21,155 nucleotides of DNA from a virus (Duplodnaviria; Heunggongvirae; Uroviricota; Caudoviricetes), in the IMG/VR virus record IMGVR_UViG_3300020048_000033, positions 1 through 21,155 of that record; one strand, written 5' to 3'. A model generated the notes under the pieces. The model saw only the letters and a program-made list of their open reading frames with translations, did not search any database and was not told the DNA's origin. How positions within the stretch are numbered: position 1 is the stretch's first letter; each line of letters opens with the position of its first letter. Position numbers and translations under genes: made by a program. Of this stretch, positions 1 to 8,945 are shown piece by piece.

Positions 1-28
1 GCTATAGAGCTTGTCTTACTGAATATAG

Positions 29-129
29 AAAATAGCTTAACAAATCTGGAGGCGAAAAGTTTAAAATTTTTTTGAGTCCTGAAATTTTTGTTTTTACTTT
101 TTTTAAAACTTTCTGAAATAAGCTATTTT
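29..129. repeat. Nested inverted repeats around an A/T-tract region
   Basis: AAAATAGCTTA (29-39) and TAAGCTATTTT (119-129) form a perfect 11-bp IR. Inner imperfect IR: GAAAAGTTTAAAA (54-66) / TTTTAAAACTTTC (101-113). Confidence 0.6.
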
Positions 130-156
130 GACTTTATGTTAATATACTATTATACG
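128..156 (+). promoter_or_regulatory. Candidate promoter for 170..1468
   Basis: TTGACT (128-133)-17 nt-TATACG (151-156). Also contains the recurring TGTTAATATAC motif (137-147). SD-like AAGGA precedes ATG 170. Confidence 0.45.
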
Positions 157-169
157 CCAAGGAAAACTC

Positions 170-1468
170 ATGGTTCAAAAACTATTTAGGAATGCATCTA
201 CAAATGAGAATGTAAAAAAGCTTGCCTGTTTGTCTTATTACTACGACAAAAGGGGTGATACATATATAGGTCTAGATTTACTGAAAGCCTCTGGAATAAT
301 TGATATGACATTTGAGGATATATTAATTAATAATAAAAGAAATAAATCGGTATTAAGTAAATACACACAGAACTTGATTAGAACTGGATTTATTACTTGT
401 ATTTCTGAAAAATATGCTCCCGGTATTTTCAGAAAACGTTATAGAGTAAATAAGAGTGAGATTGTTTCCTACTATGGTAATGATGAGGTGGGGAGATACA
501 AAGAAATCTTCGCTACAAAATTTGGGTATAGATATTCAAAAGAAGCTTTTATAAAACAATTTGAAAAAATTGAAATAGAGGAACCTACTATTGAAAATAT
601 CCTATATGAGATACCACATTCTGGGGTTATTGTTTTTTATAGGGATGGAATTAAAATAAGAACCATAAAATATAAAGACAGATTTGGTAAACAGGGAATT
701 CAATTAAAGAGTTTTTTTTATAATAAAAGTGCAATAATGGATTTTGTTCAATCAATAGTATGTAGTGATGTACCTGAGTTTGTGAAAGAAACTCTTGAGG
801 TAATTAATGAGGGAGTACCAGTCGAGTTTAATGTAGAGTTCAAGGTACATAATAGTATTTGTTTAACAAAATCCGAAAAAACTATTGTATTTCGGAAATC
901 TGCAAGAGCGTATTCTTCTTTTTGTTCCTACAATAAGCATAATGGGGAGAGACAAAAAATTCTTGAAAGAGAAAGTCTCACTCAAGAGTTCGATATTAAC
1001 TCTACTGTTCCTAGACTTACCTATTTTTTAAATACCGGAAAATGGCTTTCTAATTCGGTAGATTTCTATAAAGTAATATATGAAAGAAGTGGTATAACAA
1101 AAGAGTGGAATACTACTATGAGGGAACATATAAAGACTTGTTTTATGAGAATATATTTTGTAGATACCCATCAAAAATCTTATAGGGCATATACAAACAT
1201 ACGGTATAAAATTCCTCATTTACTTACTGAGGAAGAATATAAGTATTTATTTATTGCTACAAGAAAAGTACTAGGTAAAACTTATGGTACCTCTATTTTT
1301 TATTATGAATCTCTTTTAGAACTGGATGTTGTTTATCATTTTAAAAAATTGGGTTATATAATGACACATATCTATGATGGATTCTTTTTCAAGGATGACT
1401 TACCTAAGTCTGAGGTTGAAAAATATATTTCTGAAAATGTTGAAAGAATATTTCAGGAGAGATTATAG
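170..1468 (+). CDS. Protein with C-terminal family-A polymerase-like palm (TV-Pol-like) and possible N-terminal DNA-binding region
   Basis: 432 aa. Motifs in PolA order: EFDINSTVPRL (motif A-like), REHIKTCFMRIYF (RxxxK motif B-like), YYESLLE, THIYDGFFF (motif C-like). Confidence 0.5.
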   Translation: MVQKLFRNASTNENVKKLACLSYYYDKRGDTYIGLDLLKASGIIDMTFEDILINNKRNKSVLSKYTQNLIRTGFITCISEKYAPGIFRKRYRVNKSEIVSYYGNDEVGRYKEIFATKFGYRYSKEAFIKQFEKIEIEEPTIENILYEIPHSGVIVFYRDGIKIRTIKYKDRFGKQGIQLKSFFYNKSAIMDFVQSIVCSDVPEFVKETLEVINEGVPVEFNVEFKVHNSICLTKSEKTIVFRKSARAYSSFCSYNKHNGERQKILERESLTQEFDINSTVPRLTYFLNTGKWLSNSVDFYKVIYERSGITKEWNTTMREHIKTCFMRIYFVDTHQKSYRAYTNIRYKIPHLLTEEEYKYLFIATRKVLGKTYGTSIFYYESLLELDVVYHFKKLGYIMTHIYDGFFFKDDLPKSEVEKYISENVERIFQERL

Positions 1469-1471
1469 TTC

Positions 1472-1482
1472 CACTACTAATT
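1472..1482 (+). promoter_or_regulatory. CACTACTAATT motif (candidate phage promoter)
   Basis: Identical 11-mer also at 8931-8941. The ACTAATT core recurs at other gene junctions. Confidence 0.4.
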
Positions 1483-1533
1483 ATGATATCACAGGGATTC
1501 CTAAGGAGTCCTAAGGATAAGGAGGGATATCAT

Positions 1534-1701
1534 ATGAAGAAAAGGACCTTAGTGGATTATATGAAAAGTGAAGACTCAACTCAAGAAGAAAAAAAGTCAT
1601 TTAATGATTTAATGAAATTTTTAGAAAAGGATATCTTTACAGAAAAACTTTCCCTCAACGAAAAAATCTTTTCACAGAGTCAGAAAAATTCTGAAAGTTA
1701 A
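1534..1701 (+). CDS. Small hypothetical protein (55 aa; alternative start 1483)
   Basis: Strong SD AAGGAGG about 8 nt before ATG 1534; fills the gap between two long ORFs. Confidence 0.6.
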   Translation: MKKRTLVDYMKSEDSTQEEKKSFNDLMKFLEKDIFTEKLSLNEKIFSQSQKNSES

Positions 1702-1705
1702 TATA
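1697..1705 (+). promoter_or_regulatory. GTTAATATA motif, possible leaderless promoter for the helicase
   Basis: TAATAT hexamer (1699-1704) ends 7 nt before ATG 1711, and no SD is visible. Overlaps the upstream stop codon. Confidence 0.35.
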
Positions 1706-1710
1706 TACTT

Positions 1711-3651
1711 ATGAATCAATTTACAATTTTATTTACCCTTACTAAAGACGAGAAAGACGTTGAAATTGTTACATTCGGAGGCAACTATGGAGACCCTGAG
1801 TTTCTTGAAGCTACAAAGTGTTTCAGAAAAGTAGGTGGAGATTTTAATAAGCTAATAAAAAAATGGTACATTCCAATAGAATCTTTAAGTCCTCTTGTAG
1901 AACAGATTAATACTTATGTAGGGGATGTAAAACTTTGCGGATTTAATTGTACAGAGTTCGAGGAGTTTCAAGAGAAAGTAAATAAGATTATTTCTGAAAA
2001 ATATATTTCAGAATTAAAACGTTCTACAGTAAGAAGACTATTTAATTCTGAGAACATGGCTTTTCCTCCTTTAGTAGGAATACATCCTTTCGAGGATTTT
2101 CAAAAAAGAGATATTCAAAGAGCTTTAAATCAGAATAGGTTTTTATTTAATTGGGAAATGGGTTTAGGAAAATCTTATGCTACTATCTCCTTAATAGACC
2201 ATTTACGTTTGTATGGGTGTATAGATAAAAGTGTTATCCTTACTACTACCATTGGTACTTTTAATCTTAAGTCTGAGCTATTGAAATTCAGTTTAGTATT
2301 AAAGGATGAAGACATTGTAGTTTGTAAAAATACCTCAGAAGCTAGAAAGCTAAAGATTAAAAATATAGTTGGAAAAGAAAGTAACTATAAAGTTTTAATT
2401 ACTACTTACTCGGTAATGAAATCTTTAGATTCTGATTTCTATAAACTTGAAAGTGGTGAAAGGAAAACTAAAAAGACAAAGAGCAAAGAAGGTTATATCC
2501 CATTTGATGAGTGGAGTGATAAACCCTTGGCACTTTTCTTAGATGAATCTCATAATCTTGGTAATCCAAAATCCTTACAATCTAAGTGTGTTGATTCTCA
2601 CAAACAATTCTTTGATTACATATATGAGTTCACAGGGACATTCGCTGACAAGTACGAAAAAATGTATCAGCAAATAAAGCTCTTAGATCCTAAGCTTGTT
2701 GCGGGTAAAAACTATAACAGTTGGATTCTTGAGTATGGTGATATAGGAACAAAGTTTTCTGAGTATGCGGTAAATCCTCTTTCTTGGAAACTAAACAAAT
2801 TAAATAAGCTTAATGATTTATTGATAGCAAATTATTCAGCTAAAAGAAAAATGGATGAATGCTTAAAGCTCCCCATTGATTATGAAGTACCTACTTTCAC
2901 ATTAGAAATGAGTAAGTCACATAGGGAATTGTATAAATTCTTTATTAAGAACGAACTTGAAAAAATGCAAGAGGAAGCTACAGAACAAGGTAAATCTTTG
3001 ATGTCTATAGTAATAAGTAAATTTGCATGGCTTCAATCCGCTTGTGAAAATCCTTTGGTATTACAGAACACTGAAAGGTTCCATGAGTTTCCTGATGAAT
3101 TGCAAAAGCTTATTAATAACTTTAATTATATTAAGGATAATGCAAAAGTAGCTTTGTGGGATGAAATTATTGCTGAACGTTGTGATGAAGAAGACCAGAA
3201 AGGAATTATTTGGTGTACTCATCCTGTTACAATGAAAATATTAAATGAGCATTATAAAAAATATAATCCTTATCTAATTACTTCTGAAACAGAGGATAAG
3301 TTTGGAGAGGTAGAAAAGTTCAAGAAAGACAAAAAAAGTAAATTACTTATAACTTCAATCTTCGTACTAAATACTTCGGTGACAATAACTGAAGCCAAGT
3401 TTAACCTCTATGCTGAGAGATGTTTCAATTTTACAATATATTCCCAATCAAGGGGACGTATTCATAGACCGGGTAAGACTGAGGTAACTAGAACTTATAA
3501 TTCTGTTTTCAACACAAGTACCGATGCAATACTTGATGCGAACCTAATTCAGAAGGGTCAGATGGTAGACCGATTATTATCAAAAGATTTTTTTACGGAT
3601 CAGGAATGGAAAAACTTTTTCAGTTTTAAGAAAGGCTCAAGTTTCATTTAA
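1711..3651 (+). CDS. SNF2-family (SF2) helicase/translocase
   Basis: 646 aa. Walker A WEMGLGKS, Walker B LFLDESH, motif III FTGT, motif VI QSRGRIHRPGK. Confidence 0.88.
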   Translation: MNQFTILFTLTKDEKDVEIVTFGGNYGDPEFLEATKCFRKVGGDFNKLIKKWYIPIESLSPLVEQINTYVGDVKLCGFNCTEFEEFQEKVNKIISEKYISELKRSTVRRLFNSENMAFPPLVGIHPFEDFQKRDIQRALNQNRFLFNWEMGLGKSYATISLIDHLRLYGCIDKSVILTTTIGTFNLKSELLKFSLVLKDEDIVVCKNTSEARKLKIKNIVGKESNYKVLITTYSVMKSLDSDFYKLESGERKTKKTKSKEGYIPFDEWSDKPLALFLDESHNLGNPKSLQSKCVDSHKQFFDYIYEFTGTFADKYEKMYQQIKLLDPKLVAGKNYNSWILEYGDIGTKFSEYAVNPLSWKLNKLNKLNDLLIANYSAKRKMDECLKLPIDYEVPTFTLEMSKSHRELYKFFIKNELEKMQEEATEQGKSLMSIVISKFAWLQSACENPLVLQNTERFHEFPDELQKLINNFNYIKDNAKVALWDEIIAERCDEEDQKGIIWCTHPVTMKILNEHYKKYNPYLITSETEDKFGEVEKFKKDKKSKLLITSIFVLNTSVTITEAKFNLYAERCFNFTIYSQSRGRIHRPGKTEVTRTYNSVFNTSTDAILDANLIQKGQMVDRLLSKDFFTDQEWKNFFSFKKGSSFI

Positions 3652-3661
3652 GGAGAAATGT

Positions 3662-4219
3662 ATGTCAGAAAATGTAGAGACCATTAATTTTAAAAGGATG
3701 AATATAAAAGCTTTATCAAACTCAGGACTTATTCAATATTTGTTAATATATATTGGTATGGTAGTTGTAGTATTTGATATACCTTTAGCTATAAAGCTTT
3801 TAGCTATATTAGGATTATCAATAACTTCAATAATCTATACTTTTGTCAATATCAGAATATTGAAAGTTTCTGATGATATAATTGACCAGTTGAATTATGA
3901 AGTATGTGAAGAATCTCTTGGGTACTGTTTATCTAAGTATAAAACCAATGATAATAAAGAAACCTTGAAATTCTTTTTTACTACAAATGATAATGAATCT
4001 CTTGAGTATCTTAACACTTGTATCTTAGATAAAGATGGAAATGAAATTGAGAATACCAAAGTTACTATAATGGAAATATGGAGATTTGAAAAAACCGAAG
4101 AGTTTCTAAAACATCCTAAGAGTTTCCTTGTTAGTCAGAAAGAGAGTTTGGTTGAGTCGATAAAAGAATCTGTTGATGAGTTCTTTGTTAAGTTCAAAGA
4201 ATATCTTAATACAAAGTGA
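3662..4219 (+). CDS. Hypothetical membrane protein (about 2 N-terminal TM helices)
   Basis: 185 aa. SD AGGAGA. Hydrophobic stretch LIQYLLIYIGMVVVVFDIPLAIKLLAILGLSITSIIYTF. Confidence 0.75.
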   Translation: MSENVETINFKRMNIKALSNSGLIQYLLIYIGMVVVVFDIPLAIKLLAILGLSITSIIYTFVNIRILKVSDDIIDQLNYEVCEESLGYCLSKYKTNDNKETLKFFFTTNDNESLEYLNTCILDKDGNEIENTKVTIMEIWRFEKTEEFLKHPKSFLVSQKESLVESIKESVDEFFVKFKEYLNTK

Positions 4220-4250
4220 AACAACACTTAAAAATAAAATAGGAGATTAC

Positions 4251-4979
4251 ATGAAAATAGAAAATGTAGAATATTCACTTATCCCTTTCGGAACAGCCAC
4301 AGGGGATAGAGCAATTAATGTTAAAGTAGTGGACACTAAAAATGGTGAGACAAGCGAAGAAGAAGCTAAAGCAATGATTTCTGACTTGAAAGCTTTTTGT
4401 TCTCAGGATAAGGTTTTGGAAGAACAACTGGAACTTGCTTTCATAGCAAAAACTCAGTTTTATTTTGAGGGTGATTGTTTGGCAGAAGGTAAGAACTCAA
4501 AAACTTCTTCACTATTTTTTGACCTTATCTCAGTAGAGTCTTTAAGCAGACAACAGAATAGTGTTCATGTAACTAAACTACGTCCACCTTTCTTGGGATA
4601 TACTGGTTCTCCAACAATGTATTCTGGTTCCAACAATTTTTATGAGCAATTTAATTATCTCATTATTTCTTGTGGTCTTAAAGGAATTAATGAAAGTAAC
4701 CTAAGCGAATACTACCGTGATTTTGCAATGATTGAAATTTCTCGTCATCAATTTTGTTCTTTCGCATTTAAGATTAAAGATGAAGCTGATATCAAAAGTT
4801 TTGAGACCTTCTATCGAGACCGTAATGTAGTTGATATTGACCCAAGAAGAATCTATTTTATTCCAGAAACTACTTCTGTAGAAAATATCAATTTGGTTGC
4901 AAAATACTGTCTTAAAACAGGGTACCGTTTTGGTCTTAATACCTCTCTTTACTGTGAAGAGTACATAAGAAGTATCTAA
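4251..4979 (+). CDS. QueE-like radical-SAM-fold protein lacking the CxxxCxxC motif
   Basis: SD AGGAG before ATG 4251. N-term KIENVEYSLIPFGTATGDRAINVKVV-DT and C-term FKIKDEAD...IYFIPE...ENINLVAKYCLKTGYRF resemble QueE as recalled; no Cys triad present. Confidence 0.55.
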   Translation: MKIENVEYSLIPFGTATGDRAINVKVVDTKNGETSEEEAKAMISDLKAFCSQDKVLEEQLELAFIAKTQFYFEGDCLAEGKNSKTSSLFFDLISVESLSRQQNSVHVTKLRPPFLGYTGSPTMYSGSNNFYEQFNYLIISCGLKGINESNLSEYYRDFAMIEISRHQFCSFAFKIKDEADIKSFETFYRDRNVVDIDPRRIYFIPETTSVENINLVAKYCLKTGYRFGLNTSLYCEEYIRSI

Positions 4980-5000
4980 AATTATTATTTAAATTTCTTA

Positions 5001-5027
5001 AAAGAGTCCATTTCTGGACTCTTTTTT
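5001..5027 (+). terminator. Rho-independent terminator
   Basis: AAAGAGTCCA-tttc-TGGACTCTTT followed by T run. Confidence 0.85.
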
Positions 5028-5036
5028 GTTAATATA
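5027..5036 (+). promoter_or_regulatory. TGTTAATATA motif
   Basis: Directly after the terminator and before the 5039 ORF; same motif at 137 and 19753. Confidence 0.4.
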
Positions 5037-5038
5037 TA

Positions 5039-5284
5039 ATGGATACTAAATACACTATGACCTTAGGAACTATTTGTAGACTACAGAACTCAAGCACCGA
5101 ATCTTTACTCATATATGAAACTTTGAAAAAGAAGTTACCTTTTCTTGTATGTCCTTGTTCATGGAAGAACAGGATAGTGGTTATCCAAGATTTGCTTTCT
5201 TCTAAACATTGCATAATATCCTTAAAGGGTTTTGAAAAACAAATGTCAGTGTGTGCATTAGCAGACTTAAAACAATTACATTAA
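5039..5284 (+). CDS. Hypothetical protein (81 aa; alternative start 5057)
   Basis: ORF fills the gap in a co-directional operon; no recognisable motif. Confidence 0.6.
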   Translation: MDTKYTMTLGTICRLQNSSTESLLIYETLKKKLPFLVCPCSWKNRIVVIQDLLSSKHCIISLKGFEKQMSVCALADLKQLH

Positions 5285-5294
5285 GGATTAGAAA

Positions 5295-5795
5295 ATGAAA
5301 ACTTCATGTGGAATAATACTCTCCGATGGTGAAAGTATTCTTGCAGGATTAGCTACAGGAAAAAAAGATGCACACCATATGTATGACCTTGCAGGTAAGG
5401 GTGGTAAAGATAAAAATGAATCCTACCTTGAAGCGGCAATAAGAGAACTTAGAGAGGAAACTGGAATTGATTTGCCTATTACTGTTTTTTCTCATATAAA
5501 AGATTTAGGACAATTTAAGTATATCAAAGATAAAGAACTTCATTTGTTTTCTTTACACATAGAAAAGATGCCAGAGATTTCAACCCTGTTTTGTGATTCT
5601 ACATACGAGATGTATGGTAGACAACTTCCTGAAATTGCTCAGTACAAAAACTTTGGATTAGATGAATTGTTTTGGTTTTATAAAAGCCTAGAGCCTGTGC
5701 TGAAAAAAGCAACTTCTGGGGATTGGCTTAATGATGAAGTAATATCCTTAAGTTCTTTTTTAATTAAGAAAAAGAAACAAGGTTTATTTATCTAA
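5295..5795 (+). CDS. Nudix hydrolase, T4 NudE-like
   Basis: Nudix box GKGGKDKNESYLEAAIRELREETGI; N-term SCGIIL as in NudE-like proteins. Confidence 0.9.
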   Translation: MKTSCGIILSDGESILAGLATGKKDAHHMYDLAGKGGKDKNESYLEAAIRELREETGIDLPITVFSHIKDLGQFKYIKDKELHLFSLHIEKMPEISTLFCDSTYEMYGRQLPEIAQYKNFGLDELFWFYKSLEPVLKKATSGDWLNDEVISLSSFLIKKKKQGLFI

Positions 5796-5812
5796 AAACT
5801 TTGGAGGTTACA

Positions 5813-6040
5813 ATGTTCACACTATTCATGTGTAAGAAATATGGTATCAATACTAAAATAGATATGGTATTCAAAGGGATATATTCCACTATTGATACGT
5901 TAAGATTAGCAATAAGTTCTGACCCAGAGCTTTGTGCAAATATGAGAGATTTATATTTCAACTTTTCCCAGATAGACTTTGTAGAAACTATTTCTGTAGA
6001 GTCCTTTTCACCAGTTATAATTAAAGATGGAGGTTATTGA
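5813..6040 (+). CDS. Hypothetical protein (75 aa)
   Basis: SD GGAGG before ATG 5813; the stop abuts the next gene. Confidence 0.65.
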   Translation: MFTLFMCKKYGINTKIDMVFKGIYSTIDTLRLAISSDPELCANMRDLYFNFSQIDFVETISVESFSPVIIKDGGY

Positions 6041-6041
6041 T

Positions 6042-8219
6042 ATGATATCAATATTGAAAGCAAAGTTAAAAAACTTTATGTGTATAGATGAGGCTGATTT
6101 AGATTTTCCAGAAAATAAATCTACTATGATTGTAGGTGAAAATGGTTCAGGTAAATCTGCGGTGTTGTGTTCAATTGGTTTAGCTTTTGATTCGTATAAG
6201 AAAGGTGCATCCTTTTCTGATTACATTAAAAAGAATACAAATGAAGCAAAAGTGTTTATTGAAGCTAAGATACATAATGAACCTATCACTTTCGATATTA
6301 CCCTTTCAAGAAAGGGTACTGCATTTGGTCGTATCATCACCTATAAAGAAAAAGAATATATCAATACTGAGTGTGACCAGTTACTTGAAACACTGGAAGT
6401 AACTTATTTTTCTAAAGTAATATTTTCCATGCAGGATGAAGGAGATATTACTTTGATGAAACCGGCGGCACGAGCCGATTTATTATCAAAGCTTCTTGAG
6501 TACGATTTCTCAACTATTGTTTCTAAAGTTTCAGAACTTATAGCTGACTTGAAAAATAAAGTTGTGGATAATAATGCCTCTATTAAACTTAATACGGAAT
6601 TAAGTGCCGAGAAGACAAAAGAAATTGCTATAGTAGAAACTCTTGATTTCACAAATGAAGATATTAAGACATATGAAGAAAAACAAAAGTCTGTTGAATT
6701 AAAGATACAAGCTTATGATAAAATTTCAGAAGACAATTCTTTAATAAATGAAGAGATTGAAACTGTTCGTAAATCTCTTGAACCTTTAACTAAAGAACTT
6801 GAAACTCCTACTTCTATAATCACAAGAGAATCTGAAAAACTTGTAGGTCTTAAAAAAGACTTAGAAAGTTATGAGTCAAGAAAATATTCTATTGAAGAAG
6901 AAATATTAAAAGCAGAAAGCACCATATTAGCTAAAACAATAAAATCAGAAAGTGTACTTGCTTCTCTTGATAATTCAGAGACAGCTATATCTGAGGTTGA
7001 AGCCAAACTTACTGAAAGCAGAAAAATTGGTACAAGTTATACAGTTTCCTACACTCAGATTTGCTCAAGTATCGAAAAAATTAATTCTGATATAAAGTTT
7101 ATGGAGCAGGGTACTTGTCCTACATGTTCATCTACTATTGATCAATCTCAAGTACCTGCATTAAACTCTCAGAAGGAAACACTTAGTAAAGATAAGACTG
7201 AAATTATCAGTAAACAAACTCTTGAAAGGGATAATCAAGTTAAGCTCGATGAAATTCTGAAAGATAAGCAGAAAATTAAAAGTGATATTAAGGGTGAACT
7301 TACTTCACTCACTGATGCAATAAAAACACTTAATGCTTCTATTTCAGAGTCCAAGAAGAAACTCGTAGAGTTAGTAAAACCTCTTGAAGAAACTCTATCC
7401 GCTTGTGAATTATTAATAAAAACAAACAGTGATAAGAAAAATGCAATACAGGAAAAAATTCTTGCTATACAGAAACAGATTTCCTTGCTTGAAACAAGTC
7501 GTGTAACTCAGGAACGAAGTGAGAAGGTAGCTTTTATTGTAGAAAAGAACTCTATCATAGAAAAACTTAAAGATTTTAGTAAAAGAATGGCTTCCATACT
7601 TGAGGTAGAACAATCAAATGCCAGACTTATTAAAGAGATAGCTTCTTGTGAACTTAAAGTAGTAGAACTTAAAGCATTAAATGTTTTAATGAATCAAGAG
7701 ATAGAAGATAATGTAGAAGCAAAGAAAGTTCTTGATAAGGATTTACCTAATTATCTTATAGTTAAGACCTGTGATAAATTAGAGAAAAGAATTAATAGGT
7801 TTGTTCATTCCGTATTTCCTGATATGACTATAAAGATGTATCAGGATAAAAAGGGTGTTGATTTCTTTTATGTCCCTGCTGGAAGCTATGATGCAGATCC
7901 AGAAAATAAAGAATCTTGGATTAATATTGCAATGTCTTCTGGTTGTGAAAAAGCCGCTCTTAGTGTAGGTTGGCGTGTTGCACTTGCAGAAAGTTATGGT
8001 ATTGATATTTTAATGCTCGACGAAGTAGACTCAGCGGCTACAGATAAATCCTCTGAAAAACTTTTAACAACAGTTCTTGATTCCTCAAAGTTCTCACAAG
8101 TATTTATTGTTACTCATAGGAAAGAAACAAGGGACTTTCTGGTAAATAGTAAAGACATAAAAGTTTATTATGCTGATCATGGAGAGTTCTCACTTGATGA
8201 CCCAGAGGATTTTGAATGA
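6042..8219 (+). CDS. Rad50/SbcC/T4 gp46-like SMC-family ATPase (recombination endonuclease subunit)
   Basis: SD GGAGG before ATG 6042. Walker A GENGSGKS, long coiled coil with central CPTC zinc hook, signature SSGCEK, Walker B LMLDEVDS, H-loop IVTH. Confidence 0.92.
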   Translation: MISILKAKLKNFMCIDEADLDFPENKSTMIVGENGSGKSAVLCSIGLAFDSYKKGASFSDYIKKNTNEAKVFIEAKIHNEPITFDITLSRKGTAFGRIITYKEKEYINTECDQLLETLEVTYFSKVIFSMQDEGDITLMKPAARADLLSKLLEYDFSTIVSKVSELIADLKNKVVDNNASIKLNTELSAEKTKEIAIVETLDFTNEDIKTYEEKQKSVELKIQAYDKISEDNSLINEEIETVRKSLEPLTKELETPTSIITRESEKLVGLKKDLESYESRKYSIEEEILKAESTILAKTIKSESVLASLDNSETAISEVEAKLTESRKIGTSYTVSYTQICSSIEKINSDIKFMEQGTCPTCSSTIDQSQVPALNSQKETLSKDKTEIISKQTLERDNQVKLDEILKDKQKIKSDIKGELTSLTDAIKTLNASISESKKKLVELVKPLEETLSACELLIKTNSDKKNAIQEKILAIQKQISLLETSRVTQERSEKVAFIVEKNSIIEKLKDFSKRMASILEVEQSNARLIKEIASCELKVVELKALNVLMNQEIEDNVEAKKVLDKDLPNYLIVKTCDKLEKRINRFVHSVFPDMTIKMYQDKKGVDFFYVPAGSYDADPENKESWINIAMSSGCEKAALSVGWRVALAESYGIDILMLDEVDSAATDKSSEKLLTTVLDSSKFSQVFIVTHRKETRDFLVNSKDIKVYYADHGEFSLDDPEDFE

Positions 8220-8929
8220 TACAAATGATTGGTATTACAGAAAGGGGCGACCCTAGATTTGATGATTCTTGGGTTAAATGGGTTAAGGATGGAAAACCTG
8301 CAATTCTCGTTACGAAGGATTTCCCTTTCGTAATCAATAAAATTGGCCCAAGAAAAAATATACTATTCCATGCTACTTGTACTGGTTTGGGTGGAACAAT
8401 TTATGAACCAAATGTTCCACTATCAGGACAAGTATTTGATATCTTAAAAGGTATTCCTGAATCCTATAAAAGCCATGTTGTTGTTAGAATTGATCCAATT
8501 ATTCCAGATATAATTTTTATTAGAAAAGCAAAAGCAGTATATGACCAAGCAATTTCACTTGGCTTTAAAACAAGAATCTCTTACATGGATTATTATCCTC
8601 ATGTGAAGGCTAGAATTTCACAAATAGATGAGGGACTCTCAATAAGTCTTAATGGAATTTATTCAGAGGGTATTCATGCACCTTTATCTATTAGAAAATA
8701 TATAACTGATTCATTTTTTCCTGAGGCAGTTATTTGTGGAGAACCGGGTTTTATTAGTGATGGTTGTGTAAATCAATCTGTTTGCGACATATTAGGTGTA
8801 GAGTTCTTGGGTGGAAACTCAGAACAAAGGATTGGATGTTCCTGTGGAAAACAAAAGTTTGAATTACTTAAAAGTAATAAACGCTGTCCCCACAATTGTT
8901 TTTACTGTTACTGGCGTGATTCTATTTAA
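8216..8929 (+). CDS. DUF1848-like radical SAM protein (spore photoproduct lyase-related fold)
   Basis: VVRIDPII, EPNVP, QRIGCSC and C-terminal CPHNCFYCYW (CxxxCxxC at the C-terminus), typical of DUF1848. ATGA overlap with the upstream stop. Confidence 0.7.
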   Translation: MIQMIGITERGDPRFDDSWVKWVKDGKPAILVTKDFPFVINKIGPRKNILFHATCTGLGGTIYEPNVPLSGQVFDILKGIPESYKSHVVVRIDPIIPDIIFIRKAKAVYDQAISLGFKTRISYMDYYPHVKARISQIDEGLSISLNGIYSEGIHAPLSIRKYITDSFFPEAVICGEPGFISDGCVNQSVCDILGVEFLGGNSEQRIGCSCGKQKFELLKSNKRCPHNCFYCYWRDSI

Positions 8930-8930
8930 T

Positions 8931-8941
8931 CACTACTAATT
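8931..8941 (+). promoter_or_regulatory. CACTACTAATT motif
   Basis: Identical to 1472-1482; 4 nt before ATG 8946, which has no SD. Confidence 0.4.
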
Positions 8942-8945
8942 CTTT

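Noticed and set aside
4173-4250. Upstream start at 4173 for the QueE-like ORF (likewise 5801, 6027 and 19766 for their ORFs)
   Set aside because: These extensions overlap the previous gene or contain the SD; downstream ATGs have well-spaced SDs and match domain starts.
4251-4979. Functional 7-deazaguanine DNA modification pathway
   Set aside because: The QueE-like protein lacks Fe-S ligands, and no folE, queD, queC or dpdA is visible in the window.
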